Part shown: positions 29,051-43,379 of the stretch, piece after piece
Position numbering within the stretch: position 1 is the stretch's first letter
Layout of the letters: the number at the start of each line of letters is the position of its first letter
Assembly: GCF_009914755.1 (NCBI RefSeq)
Contig: NC_060931.1
Source: the human T2T-CHM13v2.0 reference genome, Homo sapiens
Direction: 5' to 3' (one strand)
Length of the DNA: 64,000 bases
The notes under the pieces: generated by a model
The model's input: only the letters and a program-made list of their open reading frames with translations
What the model was told of the DNA's origin: nothing
Database searches by the model: none
Translations under genes and position numbers: made by a program

Positions 29051-30207
29051 ATTCTTTTCCTGGGTCATTAGAATCCCCCATCTACCAATACACTAGTGCC
29101 CACCCTCTCTCTGTGGAGTCAGTAATACTTTAACTTCGTATAGCAAGCAATGCTTCAAAGCAACCTCACAGTTTTGGTCCCACTACCCCTTAAAATTGGA
29201 AGGCAATTCATGTTACCCACTTTTGATGAATGAGCAACTGAAGATGATCCAGCAGCAGCCACCAAGTGGCTGAGACACAACTAGAACCTTGTCTCTCTAT
29301 TAAATGCATTTCCTGATGACACGATGCTGAACCTTGAGACTCACAGGAGATTAGGCCCATGGAGAAGTGGGAGGAAGAGGAACAGGGGAGGAGAAACCAT
29401 GGCCAGAGTTCTGGGGCTGAAGGAAGATGAGAGGGAAGGTGGAGTCCTCACCAAATGGCATCATGTCTGCAAGGTGCTCTTTCAGAAATTCCAGTAAGAT
29501 CCAAAAGCATCTTGCCAATGAAACTAGAAACCATTTGATAGGTTCGATCTGGACAATTTTTGTCTTATGCCAGATGTGAGTTGATGAATGTCAAATGATA
29601 GTTTCAGATGTAAACAGCAGGGTTCCTGACCACAGCAGAAGAGCAGAGAAAGGAAGGAACCCTTCAGCTCACAGAATGTGAAAGGCATCAGTAAATAGGG
29701 GAGCATCAGTGCCCATCACTGTCAAGGGATTACTCCAAGACACAGGGATTCTTCGGGGGGCCTTTCTAATGTCTTAACATTTAATAGAATTGAAGTGTCT
29801 TTCTTCGTACAGTATTGCAATCCATGTAGTATGGGAACTTTATCAAACTCCAGAATATGTGACAGTGGACATGTGATCCTATTACCAATTTTTTCAGGAT
29901 CGACTCTACATGGGCATCCTCAGTAGGCTCTGCTGTCAAAAATCCATAATTAATGCTGTTTTAACAAGTGTCAAGGCAAATGTGGCCATTTGTAGAGAGG
30001 AATAATTATTTGCTTATTTTTGGTGGTATGTGATCTTCAGAGTCAGAGAAAGATGGGGCTTACAGTCAGGTGTCAATTGTCAGTAACGTGCCCTTGACTT
30101 CCAGGAAGTTCCTTATCTCCTTGAATCTCTCTTTTACACCTAGTGAATGGGATGACAGTTTCCTTCAACCAGTTTCAAGGATCCAGTCAGATAATAGATG
30201 GTAAAGT

Positions 30208-30459
30208 GAGCCCTGTGCTATTGGTGGCAATGTAAAATGGTGCAGCTGCTACAGAAAACTGTACAGAGTTCCGTCAAAAAATCAAAAATAGATTACAATA
30301 TGTTCCAATAATTCCACTTCTGGGTATTTCTCCAAGAGAAGTGAAATTATGATGTCAAAGAGATATCTGTACTCCTAGGTTTGCTGTAGCACTATTCACA
30401 ATAGCTGAGATGTGGAGACCACCTAAAAGTCCATTGACAGATGAGTGGATAAAGAAAAT

Positions 30460-30502
<43 letters not shown>

Positions 30503-30860
30503 CTAGGAATATTAATGGGTGTTAAAAAAAGAAGGAAATTCCGCCATATGCTACAACAAGGATGAACCTAGAGGACATTATACTAAGTGAAATAAGCCAA
30601 TCACAGAAAGACAGATATGACATGATTCCACTTAGATGAGAGCGGAATGGTGGTTGCCAGGGGGTTGGGAGAAGGGAAAGTGGGGAGTTGCTCTTCAGTG
30701 GGCTGTGGTTATAAAGTTTGTTATTGCAAAATGAATAAATTCTAAAAATCTGTTGTATAACATTGTGAATATAGTTAACAGTATTGAACAGTCACTGAAA
30801 ATTTTAAGATAGTAGATCTCATGTTATCTGTTTATATCACAATAATAATATTAATAATAA
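30208..30860 (+). mobile_element. L1MA8-10-type LINE-1 3' portion
   Basis: aatgtaaaatggtgcagctgc...aattccacttctgggtat...gcactattcacaatagc...gatgaacctagaggacattatactaagtgaaataagcca...tagatctcatgtta. Confidence 0.9.
30466..30500. repeat. (CA)n microsatellite inside L1
   Basis: Uninterrupted run of ~17 AC units. Confidence 0.97.
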
Positions 30861-31948
30861 CAAAAGTTTCAAGCACCATGGCAGATGTATCTAAGAGGTC
30901 TTCCTCCTCTCACCCTGCCCCTCACTCTGCTCCTCTCCCCTACACTGTTGACATCCTCCTGGACTTTACTCAGCCTGCTTCACAAGGACAGGTTCAGGGT
31001 GGGTAAGACTTATTTGGGGAGATTGTCATTCAAAACTGAAGGAGTACTGAGTGCCAGACACTGTCATGATCAGAGGGTGGAAACCCCTGCTATTTGAATG
31101 GATCATCAGGCAAAATGAGGAAGTGTCAGGAATTGCCCTATGCCTGCCTTTTATCCTATGATTCAGAGCTCTCATTCACTAAAGCTACAATTTATTTAAC
31201 CTGCTCAGAAATTTCAGGAGGAAAATCAGTGGATGAGAAATCAATAATAATGAATAATCTCCCATTCAGAAATATCATTAGAGATTATTTTTCATTATTC
31301 CACTGGTAACAGCAAATTTAAAAGATACTGTTATAAACTCCATAGCCCAAGCTTAATAGAATTAATAATCAAATGGGATCCTGAGATCAATAATTCTCAA
31401 ATTGTTTTTTGTACTCCAGGAATTCCCAGTGTGTACTTCAAAGTGAATCTGACACTTCATTTTAAAAACAATTTGGAGTGACTTTTGTCCCTATGAATGA
31501 TGCCAAATTGATAGTTTAAAAATTGATGGGTTTAACCCAACAATGAAGAGACTGCAACTAATCAGTCCATTCTTTCCTTCTGCAAGGGTCCTTGGCTCAT
31601 CAAACCATCTCGAAGTCCTCATTTAACTAATTTTATTACTTGATCTACAATTTATTTCACCCCAGCCACAAAATAGACCAGTACTTAGGGATAAAAGTAG
31701 CTGACACAAATTTTGTTTCAAATAGGTCATTATTTTATCTTGATATATAAATGTCAAAGATACCGCTTGGGTTCAAATGGTGCCAGAAGACAGACAAATG
31801 GGCAGGCTATCAGAGAGAAATGGAAACTGGGAAAGAATCTATTTCTCTTCATTTTAGTAAGAACCTAAGATATTGTCCTAAGCTTACAATTGCAGGGACA
31901 GAAGGAGAATCTGAATTAGCATTAAAAATGATTTTTTAATAATATATA

Positions 31949-33217
31949 TAAGGGAACTTTTAAAGTTCATGGAAAAGTGGACTTAAAAGATAAAATTAAA
32001 AACATTAACTTTATTTCTCAGTATAAGCTCCATCAAGTTCAAAACACTTTTTAAAGCAATGATGTCAGTCATTTAGTCCATCCCTAAAGAACTGAGGGTC
32101 CCTGGAATTTAGCCATTTCAATGTAACCTTTTTTACATTATTAACTGAAGAAAAATAGGTGCCCTTTACAGATTTTGTAAGATTAGGAAACAAAAAGAGG
32201 TCAAATGGAGCCAAATCAGTATGGTAAGGTGAATGCCTAATGATTTTCCATTAAAACTCTCACAAAATTGCCCTTGTTTGATGAGAGGAGTGAGTAGGAG
32301 CATTGTCCTGGTGGAGAAGCACTCTGTGGTGAAGGTTTCTTGGGCGTTTTTTTTCTGCTAAAGCTTTGGCTCTCTCATAATAACACATTATAGTTATTTG
32401 GCCCTCCAGAAAGCCAACAAGCAAAATGCCTTGAGCATCCCAAAAAACTTGCTCTTGATTGGTCCACTTTTGCTCTGACTGGACCACTTCCACCTCTTGG
32501 TAGCCATTGCTAAGGTTGTACTTTGTGTTCAGGATGGTACTGGTAAAGACATATTTCCTCTCCTATTGCAATTCTTTGAGGAAATGCTTCAGGATCTTGA
32601 CCCTATTTGTTGAAAATTTCCATTGAAAGCTCTGCTCTTGTCTGCAGCTAATCTGAGTGCAAGGGTTTTGGCACCCATTGAGTGGAATGTTTATTCAACT
32701 TTAATTTTTCCACCAGAAGTTGAAGCAATTGAGATAGCTATAGTGTTGGCTTTTGTTTTTGCTGTTAATTATTGGTCCTCTTCACTTAGAGCATGAACAA
32801 GATGATGTTTTTCCTCACAAATTGATGTGGATGGATTACCACTGAGGGCTTCATCTTCAGCATCATCTTGTCTCCTATTAAAACAAGTTTTTTTATTTGT
32901 AAACTCCTGATTTTTGAGGGGCATTTCTTCCATAAACTTTTTATAAAGCATCAATTATTACACCATTCTTCCGTCCAAGCTTCACCATAAATTTGATGTT
33001 TGTTCTTGCTGCAATTTTATCAGAATTCATGTTGCTCTGATGGAGGCTTTTTTTTCAAACTGAGGTCTTATCTTTTTTAATGCATCAAACTAGATCCTGT
33101 TCAGACATGTTATAACAAATTAGTACAAGCTTATTTGGTGCAAAATATTTTGTGAAACCCATGCATAGTTGGTTTTTATAATACACATTTTTTCATGAAC
33201 TTTTTGAAGAACTTACA
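31949..33217 (-). mobile_element. Hsmar2 (HSMAR2) mariner DNA transposon, near full length
   Basis: Terminal inverted repeats sharing aaagttcatg..aaaa at both ends, TA at both flanks, ~1.27 kb, internal mariner transposase remnants. Confidence 0.95.
32011..33030 (-). pseudogene. Decayed Hsmar2 transposase
   Basis: ATG at 33030 (MNS..IAARTNIKFMVKL), WVP motif at 32669-32677, VFWDAQGILL, LLHQDNAP, PYHTDLAPFD (canonical YSPDLAPSD), TAA at 32011-32013; broken by stops and frameshifts. Confidence 0.93.
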
Positions 33218-33799
33218 TATAATATTTCAATAGTGGTTTATATATATTTTAAAATGTTTTAGCCTTATAAAAAGATTAGAGAAAAAATATTTCTGGTTTG
33301 GGAATTGAACATCATAAAGGAAAGTTAGAGTTTGCAAGATCTGAACTGGCCACCTGAGAAGCAGCTACATTATCCACATTTCCTTCTCTGCACCCTCCTC
33401 CGCACCCTCCTCCAACCCCTCCCTCCTATCCTCTCCCCATCCTCCCACACAGATATGGATCTGATGGTATGCACGAAGCACATGGAAAATTCTGTGGAAA
33501 GACAAGAGGAATAAGCTATGGCCCCCACTCTTAATAGGAAGTAGGTAAAGATTTGCTCTGCAAGGAATGATAATCAACAAACTATTTCTCAGTTCTTAAA
33601 AAGAAGAGATAAGCTAGACCTTGATTAGATGCAGAGAACTGTCATTAGAGATGAGTTTCTCTTGCCTTCTTTCCCCCTGTTGCTGTGACTTCTTCATCTT
33701 TAAGGGACTGATGCAGCTTCATTTCCACGTGGGTCTTGTGCCTTTGGATTCCAGCTAAAAGCTCCTCCCAGCTGTGAACCTGGGTCATAGCCCATGAGA

Positions 33800-33950
33800 G
33801 CCACAAGGGACTTGAGTGTCTTCTGGTTCAACCACCTCATTTTACAGTTGAGGGGCTGGTGAAGGGACTTTCCCAGTGTCCCCCTGAGTTAGATGTAAAG
33901 ATTGGGGCTAGCCCAAAAGCTGTCTGAGCCTCAGCCATCTGTCACTCATT
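33800..33950 (-). mobile_element. MIR3-like fragment
   Basis: tctggttcaaccacctcattttacagttgaggg...gggactttcccagtgtc. Confidence 0.6.
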
Positions 33951-36658
33951 CCTGGTGCTTCTCTCACCTCCTCACCAAAAGACAAACACTGTGGTTTATC
34001 CAAAAGTGGCCTTGCAGATTTTCTGATTCATGTCTTTTTGCCACTCAAAAACATTGACTGAATGAGCCCTGAGTGCCGGATACTGTTCTAACCTATAGAC
34101 TACTGTGTGAAGAGTAGAATTAAAGTAAAACAAAGACAATTATAACATAAAATCAGTCCAAACTATTCTACCTGTAAGTGCATAAAATGATAATATGCAT
34201 TTTTGCATCACTGTAAAGAAAAGTATTTCATGTCACCAGTTCCATTCAGAGCACTGTAATTGGCAATTACTTATTTTTGACATTTGTAAGACTTCTTGAA
34301 AGATAGAATTTGAATGCTGCATCTAGTGACTGATTCTTCTTGCATATTGAGCTGTTTCATTATTTTCTACTCTGCTTTAAACTTGAATCAGTATAGAACC
34401 CTCCCACATTCTTGACAGGGTCCTCTTTACTCAAGATCTTGGGATCACAGGTTTGATCTGGATCACCCTGTCTCGTATCTTGGAAATGATGTCTTTGACA
34501 TGGATAGAGATGGCTAGCATGACTTTGATTTGTTGTCTGTGCCTTTCCTTGTGGCATGAGAGGAGGCTGAGAAATACTGGGCTATTGTGAATGGGAAATG
34601 AGAGTTCTTACAGGCACGCTGAGCATCCCAGTTTTGGGCATTCAGTCCAAGTTTTGTGTGAGGACATCAGGAGCCTCCCTAGGAATACGAGTACTTCCTT
34701 CAGTGCATCAGGCAGTATGATTAGAACCACGATGTAAGTGTCAGGATAACATCGGGCATGAGAGTCTGTTGCTGGGTCTAATAGCATAAAACAGGAGGTG
34801 GTCACAGCAAGTATAAGCACTGGGAGGTGTCGGCATGGAATAATAATACTGGTGCAAGGAGTGGGCTTAACATCATAACTGGGAACCCAGAAGCCAGCAA
34901 AATGCAAATCAGACAGGCAGGCAGCTTCTGTCTCCCTTCTGTGTCTCTATGCCTGCAGTGAAGACTACCTGTTGTCTCTCTCCTGGAGCACTTGCGAGCC
35001 ACAGATGAGAGAGGACCTTTCAGTGACTGATTACAGCCTAAAGGCTCCAGGAAACAGCCACCACTGCGGGCTTCCCCCACGTGCTTCTCTGAAAGGTTGT
35101 CAGCAGTGTATTGATGATTTTCAAGTATTTGAGCATACTTGTAGCCCTTGAGGTCAACCGGCTTCCTTGGAGATGGCCATTCTACTCTACCAGCCAGGGA
35201 GGAACTGTCCATGGTGCTGCTTCGCATCCAGAGGCTACAGGGTTGCCGTGTGATAGGAGCCACCTGGGCAGGGACTTACCCTCAAACAGCCTCGTGTTTC
35301 ATGGTGCAGCACTACAGGGACAAATGCTTACCTTTGGGCCAGTGGAGAGCAATAGCAATCAGGACTTGGGAGGGAACCTAAGAGGATAGGACAAGCTGAT
35401 AGGGTGAGTGGGGTGAGGTGAGATGACAAAGGGGCAGGTACTGAACAAAATCAGGCTATCTAACAGGCAGGCATGCTCTTTAATGGGTAGGGTACTATCC
35501 AGTCAAGTGTAGGCCAAGAAACAGCAATCAAGATTCCTTGGCCCAGAAACAGGGTGTCCCAGCAAACACAAGAGCCCAGAAACAGGGACTCTGCAGGTAG
35601 GCACATTTGGAAGCTCAGGGAGGCAGACTTCTCCTCTGGAGTGATCATCTACTGATAGCAAAATCCTAGTCACCAGGGAGGGCTTTGGTGTCAGGACCTC
35701 AATCCCTGGAAAGTAGATAAGTACCATCAGAACAAGAAACTCTGTCTGGATTGGAATGGTGTTAAGGGCATCTTGATATGTTATTCCTGCTTAAGTGACT
35801 CTTACCTTCCATGAGGTTGGTTGTGAATCCTAGAGGCTGTGTATGGAGAACCAATGGCCCTGTTAGAAAGGGTGGACACTGGGCAGCTCATCCCACATTC
35901 AGACCCTTTGCAGCAGGTCTCCATGTTAGCATGTTCTATTTTGACAAAGCCTTTTGTCCTGCCAGGCATTTAATGGACTTCACACATTCTACCTGCGGAG
36001 CTCACATCAGGGTATCTATATCTGTTCCTCTAGCTATATTTGTGTTTGTATCTTGATGCTGCCAAGCATAGGGAAGGCAGGGAGAAGCCAAAAGTCAGCA
36101 GAAAACAGCTGAGATAAATGACATACAATGCGGGAGGAACGCAGATGGAAATAGATGGCATGGGAGTTTGAAGAAGCAAGGAGCCACGAAGTGCTAAAGT
36201 CTGCAAGGAGGTTCTCAAGCTCATCTCACTATTTATATCACAGATTACAGATTTCCTGCTCGTGTCAAAAATAAGTCATTGCCAGTTGCTGTGTTTTGAA
36301 GAAAGAATCATGCTTAAAATTATTTCACTTAGAAGCTCACAAATGAAACTGTTGACTCTAAGGAATAAACTGTGTAGATAGTAAGTCTTACCAGCTGTGA
36401 ATTAGAGTAGTTTGTGAGAGTCGAATTCAGACATTTTCTTTTTTGAGAAAAGCTGGAATAGAAAGGGAAGCACTTCTGCCAAGGTTAACAGTAGGATGTC
36501 TTTATAAATTCGATGTAGCTGTGAGGGAAGGGACTTCTGCAAGCTTTCGTGCATTTGCTCATTCAATAATAATCTGTTCATCAGTGCAGTGACACAAAAT
36601 ATTTACAGAACACAGCATCAGTGGCTAAGGAGCTTATAAGCAAATGAAATGTTAGGTG

Positions 36659-37105
36659 TGTTATGTGTGGGTTAAATGGTGCCCACCCGAAATTCATATG
36701 TTGAAGTCCTAACCCCCGGTGACTGTATTTGACTAGGGGTCTTTACCAAGGTAATCAAGTTAAAATGAGGTCATTAGGGTGGGTCCAATCTAATATGACT
36801 GGTGTCCTTATGAAAAGAGGAAATTTGGACACAGACACCCACAGGGAGAATGCCATGTGAGATGGAGGCAGAGATCATGGTGCTGTTCCGACAAGCCAAG
36901 GGGCACCAGAGATTACCAGCAAACCCACCAAAAACTTGGAGAAGGGCATAGGACAGATTCTCTTACACAGCCTCAGAAGAAACCAACCCTGATGACACCT
37001 TGATCTCAGACGTCTTGTCTCCAGAACCATGAGATGATAACTTTTCTGTTGTTTAAGCCACCTGATCTGTAGGACTTTGTTACAGCAGCCCTAGTAAACA
37101 AATAC
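36659..37105 (+). mobile_element. MLT1C-type MaLR solo LTR
   Basis: aaattcatatgttgaagtcctaacccc...aagttaaaatgaggtcattagggtggg...atgactggtgtcctta...tttgttacagcagccctag. Confidence 0.92.
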
Positions 37106-37861
37106 TTTAGAAAAAGTAAAAAGAGAAGCGAAGCAAAACTTGCATGCACAACAGGTATGATGATGCTCATGACTACAGACAGTGAGAAAGGCTGTGGGTT
37201 GGATTACTCTGGCTCAGCCTCATAGAAAAATTGAGGTGAATGTTTAATTGAGTGTGGGGTTGGTCTGAAGAGAAAGAATAGAAAAGGAGAATCATATTTC
37301 ATACCCTTACTATTCAGTCAGCTATGGAAAGCATATTTGGGGTGGCTAGAAGATGCCAAGTACAGTGCTAGGTGATGAAGCAGTGAATTAAGTTAGGACA
37401 ATGTGGCCCATGTAGCCTCTCAACAGGAAGGCAGGTTCAGATAGAGGAAACAGCAGGAAAAAGGTGACAACTTGAAAATGAGTCTCTTCCTCATTCAGGT
37501 AGCTTTGGTGCTTTGCCCACTGGTTGTATAAGAGAATCCTGGGAAACAGCCTATGAGTAGTATTTGATATCTTGGGATGTGGGAGGTAATCAGATTTCAG
37601 TGATGATAAGACACTCCCATCTCTGAGCTGGGTGTTTCCCAGAAAATTCCAAGGACAACTGGCCTTTAACATCTCTCTCTATGGTTAACTTGCTAAACAT
37701 TATCCAGAAATAGCCAGCACCAACATCTCCTTCAGGACCCCAACAGCCAGGCATTTTCTCCGTAGACTTTGCTCCAAGCCTCTTATTTCTGGGTTTGGAT
37801 CCTACCTTTGGACTTGAGGGGCTTAGATATTATCACTTAGGTGGACAAACCATCCAGTTAA

Positions 37862-37960
37862 ACACACACACCCACACATACCCAACACACACACAGACAC
37901 ACACATACACAGAATCAACACTCAACACGCAAACACCCAACACACACATGCACACACACT
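37862..37960. repeat. Imperfect CA-rich simple repeat
   Basis: acacacacacccacacatacccaacacac... Confidence 0.85.
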
Positions 37961-38264
37961 TTCTGAAGATGAGTTTTCTCATTTATGAAATGAGCTCATC
38001 TGGACTTGCCATGAGGGTCCAACAGGTGCCATGCAATCAGGTGTGCACTCAGTATGGGCTGGGTGGAGATGGCCATCTCCTTTCCCGTCCAGGCCTGGTT
38101 CCTGTGTGCTGGGCCTCTGCTCTTCCCACCTCACACAGCCCCTGCATGGAACAGAGCCGGCCCTGGGAGGCCTGGGATCCCCGTGCCTCCCTTCAGCCCC
38201 TCTTCCAAAATCTTGATACCGGACACACAAAGGACACAGCAGATGGCCATTGTATGATGGGTTT

Positions 38265-38735
38265 TGTTCTGTTTTGTTTTGGTGACAGCTTTATTGAGAT
38301 GTAGTTTTTACCATACAATTTACCCATTTAAAGCATACAATTAAACGTTGTTTAGCCTATGCACAGAATTGTGTAATCATCACCACAATCGATTTTAGGA
38401 CATTTTTATCACCCCCGAAGGAAACTGTGCCCCTTAGCAGTCACTCTGCATCCTCTGTCCCCAACCCCTGGCACCCAGGCATCTGTGATCACTCTGTGGA
38501 TGCACCTGTTCTGGTCAGCTCATCCACATGGTATCATATCGTGTGTGTTTTCTTCATCTGACTTCTTCCCTGAGCGTCATGTTTTCAAGGCTCATCCAGG
38601 TGGTAGCCTGTGACAGTGCTTCATGCCTTTCTATTGTCAAATAACGACACAGTGTTTTACAACCCCTTTCCACATAGGTTAGTATCACCAGTGTGCTTGG
38701 ATGAATTGCAGTTTGCCCAGTTTGCTGTTCCAAAA
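38265..38735 (-). mobile_element. L1MB-type 3' end
   Basis: acagctttattgagat...accatacaatttacccatttaaag...cacagaattgtgtaatcatcaccacaatc...gttttcaaggctcatcca. Confidence 0.88.
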
Positions 38736-39029
38736 GCTAGAGAATTCCTTTTTTTCTTTTTTCCTCTTACTATACAAACCAACTCTAAGTGATAATTAAA
38801 AGCGTGAGCTTTGAATTTAATCAGCACTTTGTTCCTTTCTATTGTCAAATAACTACACAGTGTTTTAAAGCCCCTTTCCACATAGGTTAGTATCACCAGT
38901 GTGCTTGGATGGATTGCGATTTGCCCAGTTTGCTGTTCCAAAAGCTAGAATCCCTGTTTTTCTTTTTTTCCCCTTACTGCACAAACCAACTCGAAGTGAT
39001 AATTAAAAGTGTGAGCTTTGAATTTAATC
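38614..39029. repeat. Tandem duplication, 2 x ~208 bp
   Basis: cctttctattgtcaaataac at 38626 and 38834; both copies end gagctttgaatttaatc; roughly 90% identical by eye. Confidence 0.96.
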
Positions 39030-39560
39030 TGCCTAGATTCAAAATTTGCCATGCCATTTCTTAGGTGTATTACCTGGGCAACTACTAACACCTTGTTACC
39101 TCAGTTTTCTTATCTTTATTTTATTTATTTATTTATTTTGAGACAAAGTCTCACCCTGTTGCCCAGGCTGGAGTGCGGTGGTGCAATCTTGGCTCACTAC
39201 AGCCTCTGTCTCCCGGGTTTAAGAGATTCTCTTGCCTCAGTCTCCCAGCTATCTGGGATTATGTGCGTGCGCCACTACTCCCGGCTAATTTTTGTATTTG
39301 TAATAAAGATGGGGTTTCACCATGTTGGCCAGGCTGGTCTGGAATTCCTGACGTCAGGTGATCTGCCTGCCTTGGCCTCCCAAAGTGCTGGGATTACAGA
39401 TGTGAGCCACTGTGTCCAGCCAGTTTTATTATCTTTAAAATGAGATTAATAATAATACCAAACCTAATAGGAATGTTGTTAAATTTAATAATTTGGTAAG
39501 CCATTAAATCACATGAAACTATACCTGGTACATTTTAAACACCCTTAAAAGCTAAATATT
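38995..39560 (+). mobile_element. MIR interrupted by an Alu
   Basis: ttaaaagtgtgagctttg...cctgggcaac...cctcagttttcttatcttta [Alu] aaatgagattaataatac. Confidence 0.75.
39118..39420 (-). mobile_element. Alu (AluS-like)
   Basis: Reverse dimer; TSD cagtttt(c/a)ttatcttta. Confidence 0.96.
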
Positions 39561-41789
39561 ATATATCATATTCTGCTTTTTAATATAAATAGGTCACACA
39601 ATATATCAGCATGCCTATAGAGGCATTTCATCCTTAATGTTACTTAACACTTCAATTTATTACGAACCTAAATGGCCAGAAAGCTCAGGTAAACAATTTC
39701 CCCTATAATTTTACGCAACAAAAATTGGGATTTATACCAATGATCTCAAAGTAGTTTAAATTCTTAGGATAATTTCTTAGCCCCTGATGAAAGATTCTCT
39801 TCATTCTTTTGAATGATCAGTGTAATTGTACTTCTAGGGAAGATATAGCCGTTTATTTCTCACTAAACCATGACCTGTGCATGGGTGAGGCAGCCCACAG
39901 TGAGCCTGAATGTTTGGCCAATCCATTCCTTATGTGGACTCATGGAAAGCCTCAGCCTATAATCAGATTTAAAGAAATCTGTAGCCATATGTGTTTCCCT
40001 GAAGTCGGTATTGCTGGGCCATATTAAATTGCTTTACATCCCTAATAACTTTGCTTTCTATTGTTCTCTATTCTGCTGCACTTACACAAAAGCTCCATGG
40101 CAGAGAAATTGGAAAGACCAGTAAAAAAATAAGGAAACAGGATATTGTGTGTCCTGGAGGGTTTCCCCGGTGCTCCCCAGCCTCCATTGCACAACCTCCC
40201 TCCACACAGCCCCGCCCCATCACAATTTCCAACCCCTTTACTCACCCCCTGTGTCTCATCCACTTTCCTCTCTGTCAAAACCCACACTTAGACATTCTCA
40301 GAGTCCTTCCCATTGAGGTCCAAACAACTAGTGATGGTTTAAAATCTTACGACTGGGCGTGAGGGAAGGCCCATACCTTGAGATAAAGCTAATTTGAAGC
40401 TGATGGCAGGATTTCCAACAGCAGCCAGAGGAGGGGCAGAGTTTAGGGGCAGTGTTTTGTCCTATAGTCCTTAAACCTGCCTTGGATGTGGCTGGTTCTG
40501 ACATCTTGAATAATCCCTTAGTATCTTGTTTACAGGTGATGACACAAACAAGTTATCTGGAAATAAAATGAAGGGGGAATGAACCAAACCACTTTAAGGT
40601 AGCTACTTTTAACAGTTTTAGGGGGTCAGTTCAAAAGTCTTTATAACTAAATTCTGAAATACAGAGTGCCCTGTTTTCACCTTCAGGGGTCTGACACCCA
40701 GTGTTAGGTTTACAGTGTGCTGTGGGCCATTCATCTGGGCCCCAATGAGCTTAGAAAACAACTAAGTGAACAGCAGATCCTCAGCCAGGTGCCTGGCCCC
40801 CTGTTGACCTCACCTGGGGTCTCATTCACTGTCCCACCTTCCCTGGACCAGGCTTCCCCCTCCACTGTCCACTTACCAAAGAGTCACACCATTTCATCTA
40901 GAAACCCTCATCTCCTTCTTCTTTTTTTCTCTTTTCCTTCTCCTCCTTCCAGCTCCTAAAATAGAAATTAATGTAGTCCTGGCCCAGCAGATGCTTCAGG
41001 GATCTGCATTCTGTTCCTAAATGCTCAGATACTCACTAAAGACAAATAGAAGTGTTGGGTCCACAGTGGATGATCCCTCAGTACATCTTGAAATAATACC
41101 TTGTTAAAGAAAGAAGGTCATATCCCTGCTGAGGGGAGCCCTGGGAGCGTGTAAGTCCATCTCTGGGCAGGGAAGCTGACCAGAGATGCAGCTGTTGACA
41201 TGCAGAGAGAATGAGATGTCTGAGGACACCCTCTGCCAGCTCGTGTCTGAGAGAGGATCCCAGGGACGTGCTGGTACTGAGTTTCCCCTCTAAGCAGAAG
41301 GGAACACTTCAGATTCCAGGAGGACATCGAAGATGTCTAACGGATCCTTTTCCTCACCAAAGAGATGTGTTATTTGGTATTTTTAATAACACCATCTGCC
41401 AGTGAGAGGAAAGCTCCGAATTGCAATATTGATCTTGTCACTTTGGGGAACAGTTTGATATTTGGGATTATAAATAACATTTTCATTTGCTCTGTTATCA
41501 TGCTCAGGCAGTGTTTGATGGCTGAGCCCAAGAATATTATTTTCTTATCAAATATAAAGATACGTACTTTTCCTGAGGTCTGAACTCTGGGTTGTGAAAT
41601 AATATTGACACATATTAAAGAGTAAGATGTATTCTGAAACCTTAACAATTCAGAAGGGGTGTAAAATTTTTCTCCTTAAAAATGAAATCGAGGACAATAT
41701 GAGGTGATAATAGCAATAACTGGCTAGCGTGGATTAAGAGGTTAAGTCAGAGTCGGATTAGACTGTCTGATTTAAGTAACACGATAGCC

Positions 41790-41935
41790 TAACAAGGAAG
41801 CACAGCAGCACTATTGTTCCCATGATTCAGACCAGCAAACCAAGATAGCCACTGCCACGGGGCTAGGAAGTAGCAGAGCTGGGATTTGAACTCAAGCACA
41901 CTGGTTCCAGAGTCCACGCTGTGAATCATTATACT
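41790..41935 (-). mobile_element. MIR
   Basis: gctaggaagtagcagagctgggatttgaactcaagc...tggttccagagtccacgct. Confidence 0.75.
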
Positions 41936-41999
41936 CTGTCTTTATTTGCACCTACATGGGAATGGATTCTCTTATTATTATGCTATAGATACCTTCAAT

Positions 42000-42180
42000 A
42001 TTTCTTTCTACATTTAAAACTATTCTCTCTTGATCCTCATGAAAATTATTTGAGATACACAGGACAAATACTACTATCCCAGTTTTACAAGTTAAAAACC
42101 CAAGGCCCAGAGACATTAAACGATTTTCCTCAATGCCATATTGGAAGTTAACAACAGATCGGGCTTCAAATATAAATCAC
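42000..42180 (-). mobile_element. MIR
   Basis: ttgatcctcat...tactatcccagttttacaag...aggcccagagacattaaacgattttcc. Confidence 0.65.
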
Positions 42181-42572
42181 CTCACTCAAATACATGTATC
42201 TCTTTGATTTGAGCAACACAAAATTATTACCATTATTGTCATTATTGAAAGAAACAGTTGATCCATTTGAAAGATAAGCTACACTGTTTGTGCTTCTGGG
42301 TGGCTGGGATGGTAAAGGAAATGCATGTGGAGGCGTAGCCAGCATTTTGCTAGCAAGCTCCACAAGAATGTTTTACCTAAGTTCTTAGGGGAAGGGGAAA
42401 ATGGTCAGGGCCAATTCTTTCATGGTACCGAGCTTCAGACACTTTCTGTCCACCATTTGTACTCCCTCTGATTTCCCGTATGGAATTGAGGTCTTGCATT
42501 TTCAAGAAAAATGGCAAAACAACTCCAAAAACATGTCTTTCTAGTGTCGTAGCTCTTAGTAGCTTCCTTATA

Positions 42573-43379
<807 letters not shown>

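Noticed and set aside
34802-35263. 153-aa minus ORF with VEWPSPRK, reminiscent of a Gypsy RT connection motif, in a region with an LTR-like texture
   Set aside because: No YxDD, FLG/YY or RNase H motifs nearby; a Dfam/tBLASTn search would be needed, and it is unsupported by eye
37795-38304. Longest ORF in the window (169 aa)
   Set aside because: Non-ATG start, and it is held open by the CA-rich repeat (THTHT); no recognisable domain
39018-39443. 141-aa ORF and similar ORFs (1351, 1707, 4313, 22862, 28126, 48678, 50264, 51908, 60598)
   Set aside because: Alu read-through peptides ([27 protein letters not shown]), not genes
41741-41778. Imperfect hairpin ttaagtcagagtc...gactgtctgatttaa as a possible pre-miRNA
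   Set aside because: The stem is too short and bulged, and it lies in MIR-like sequence
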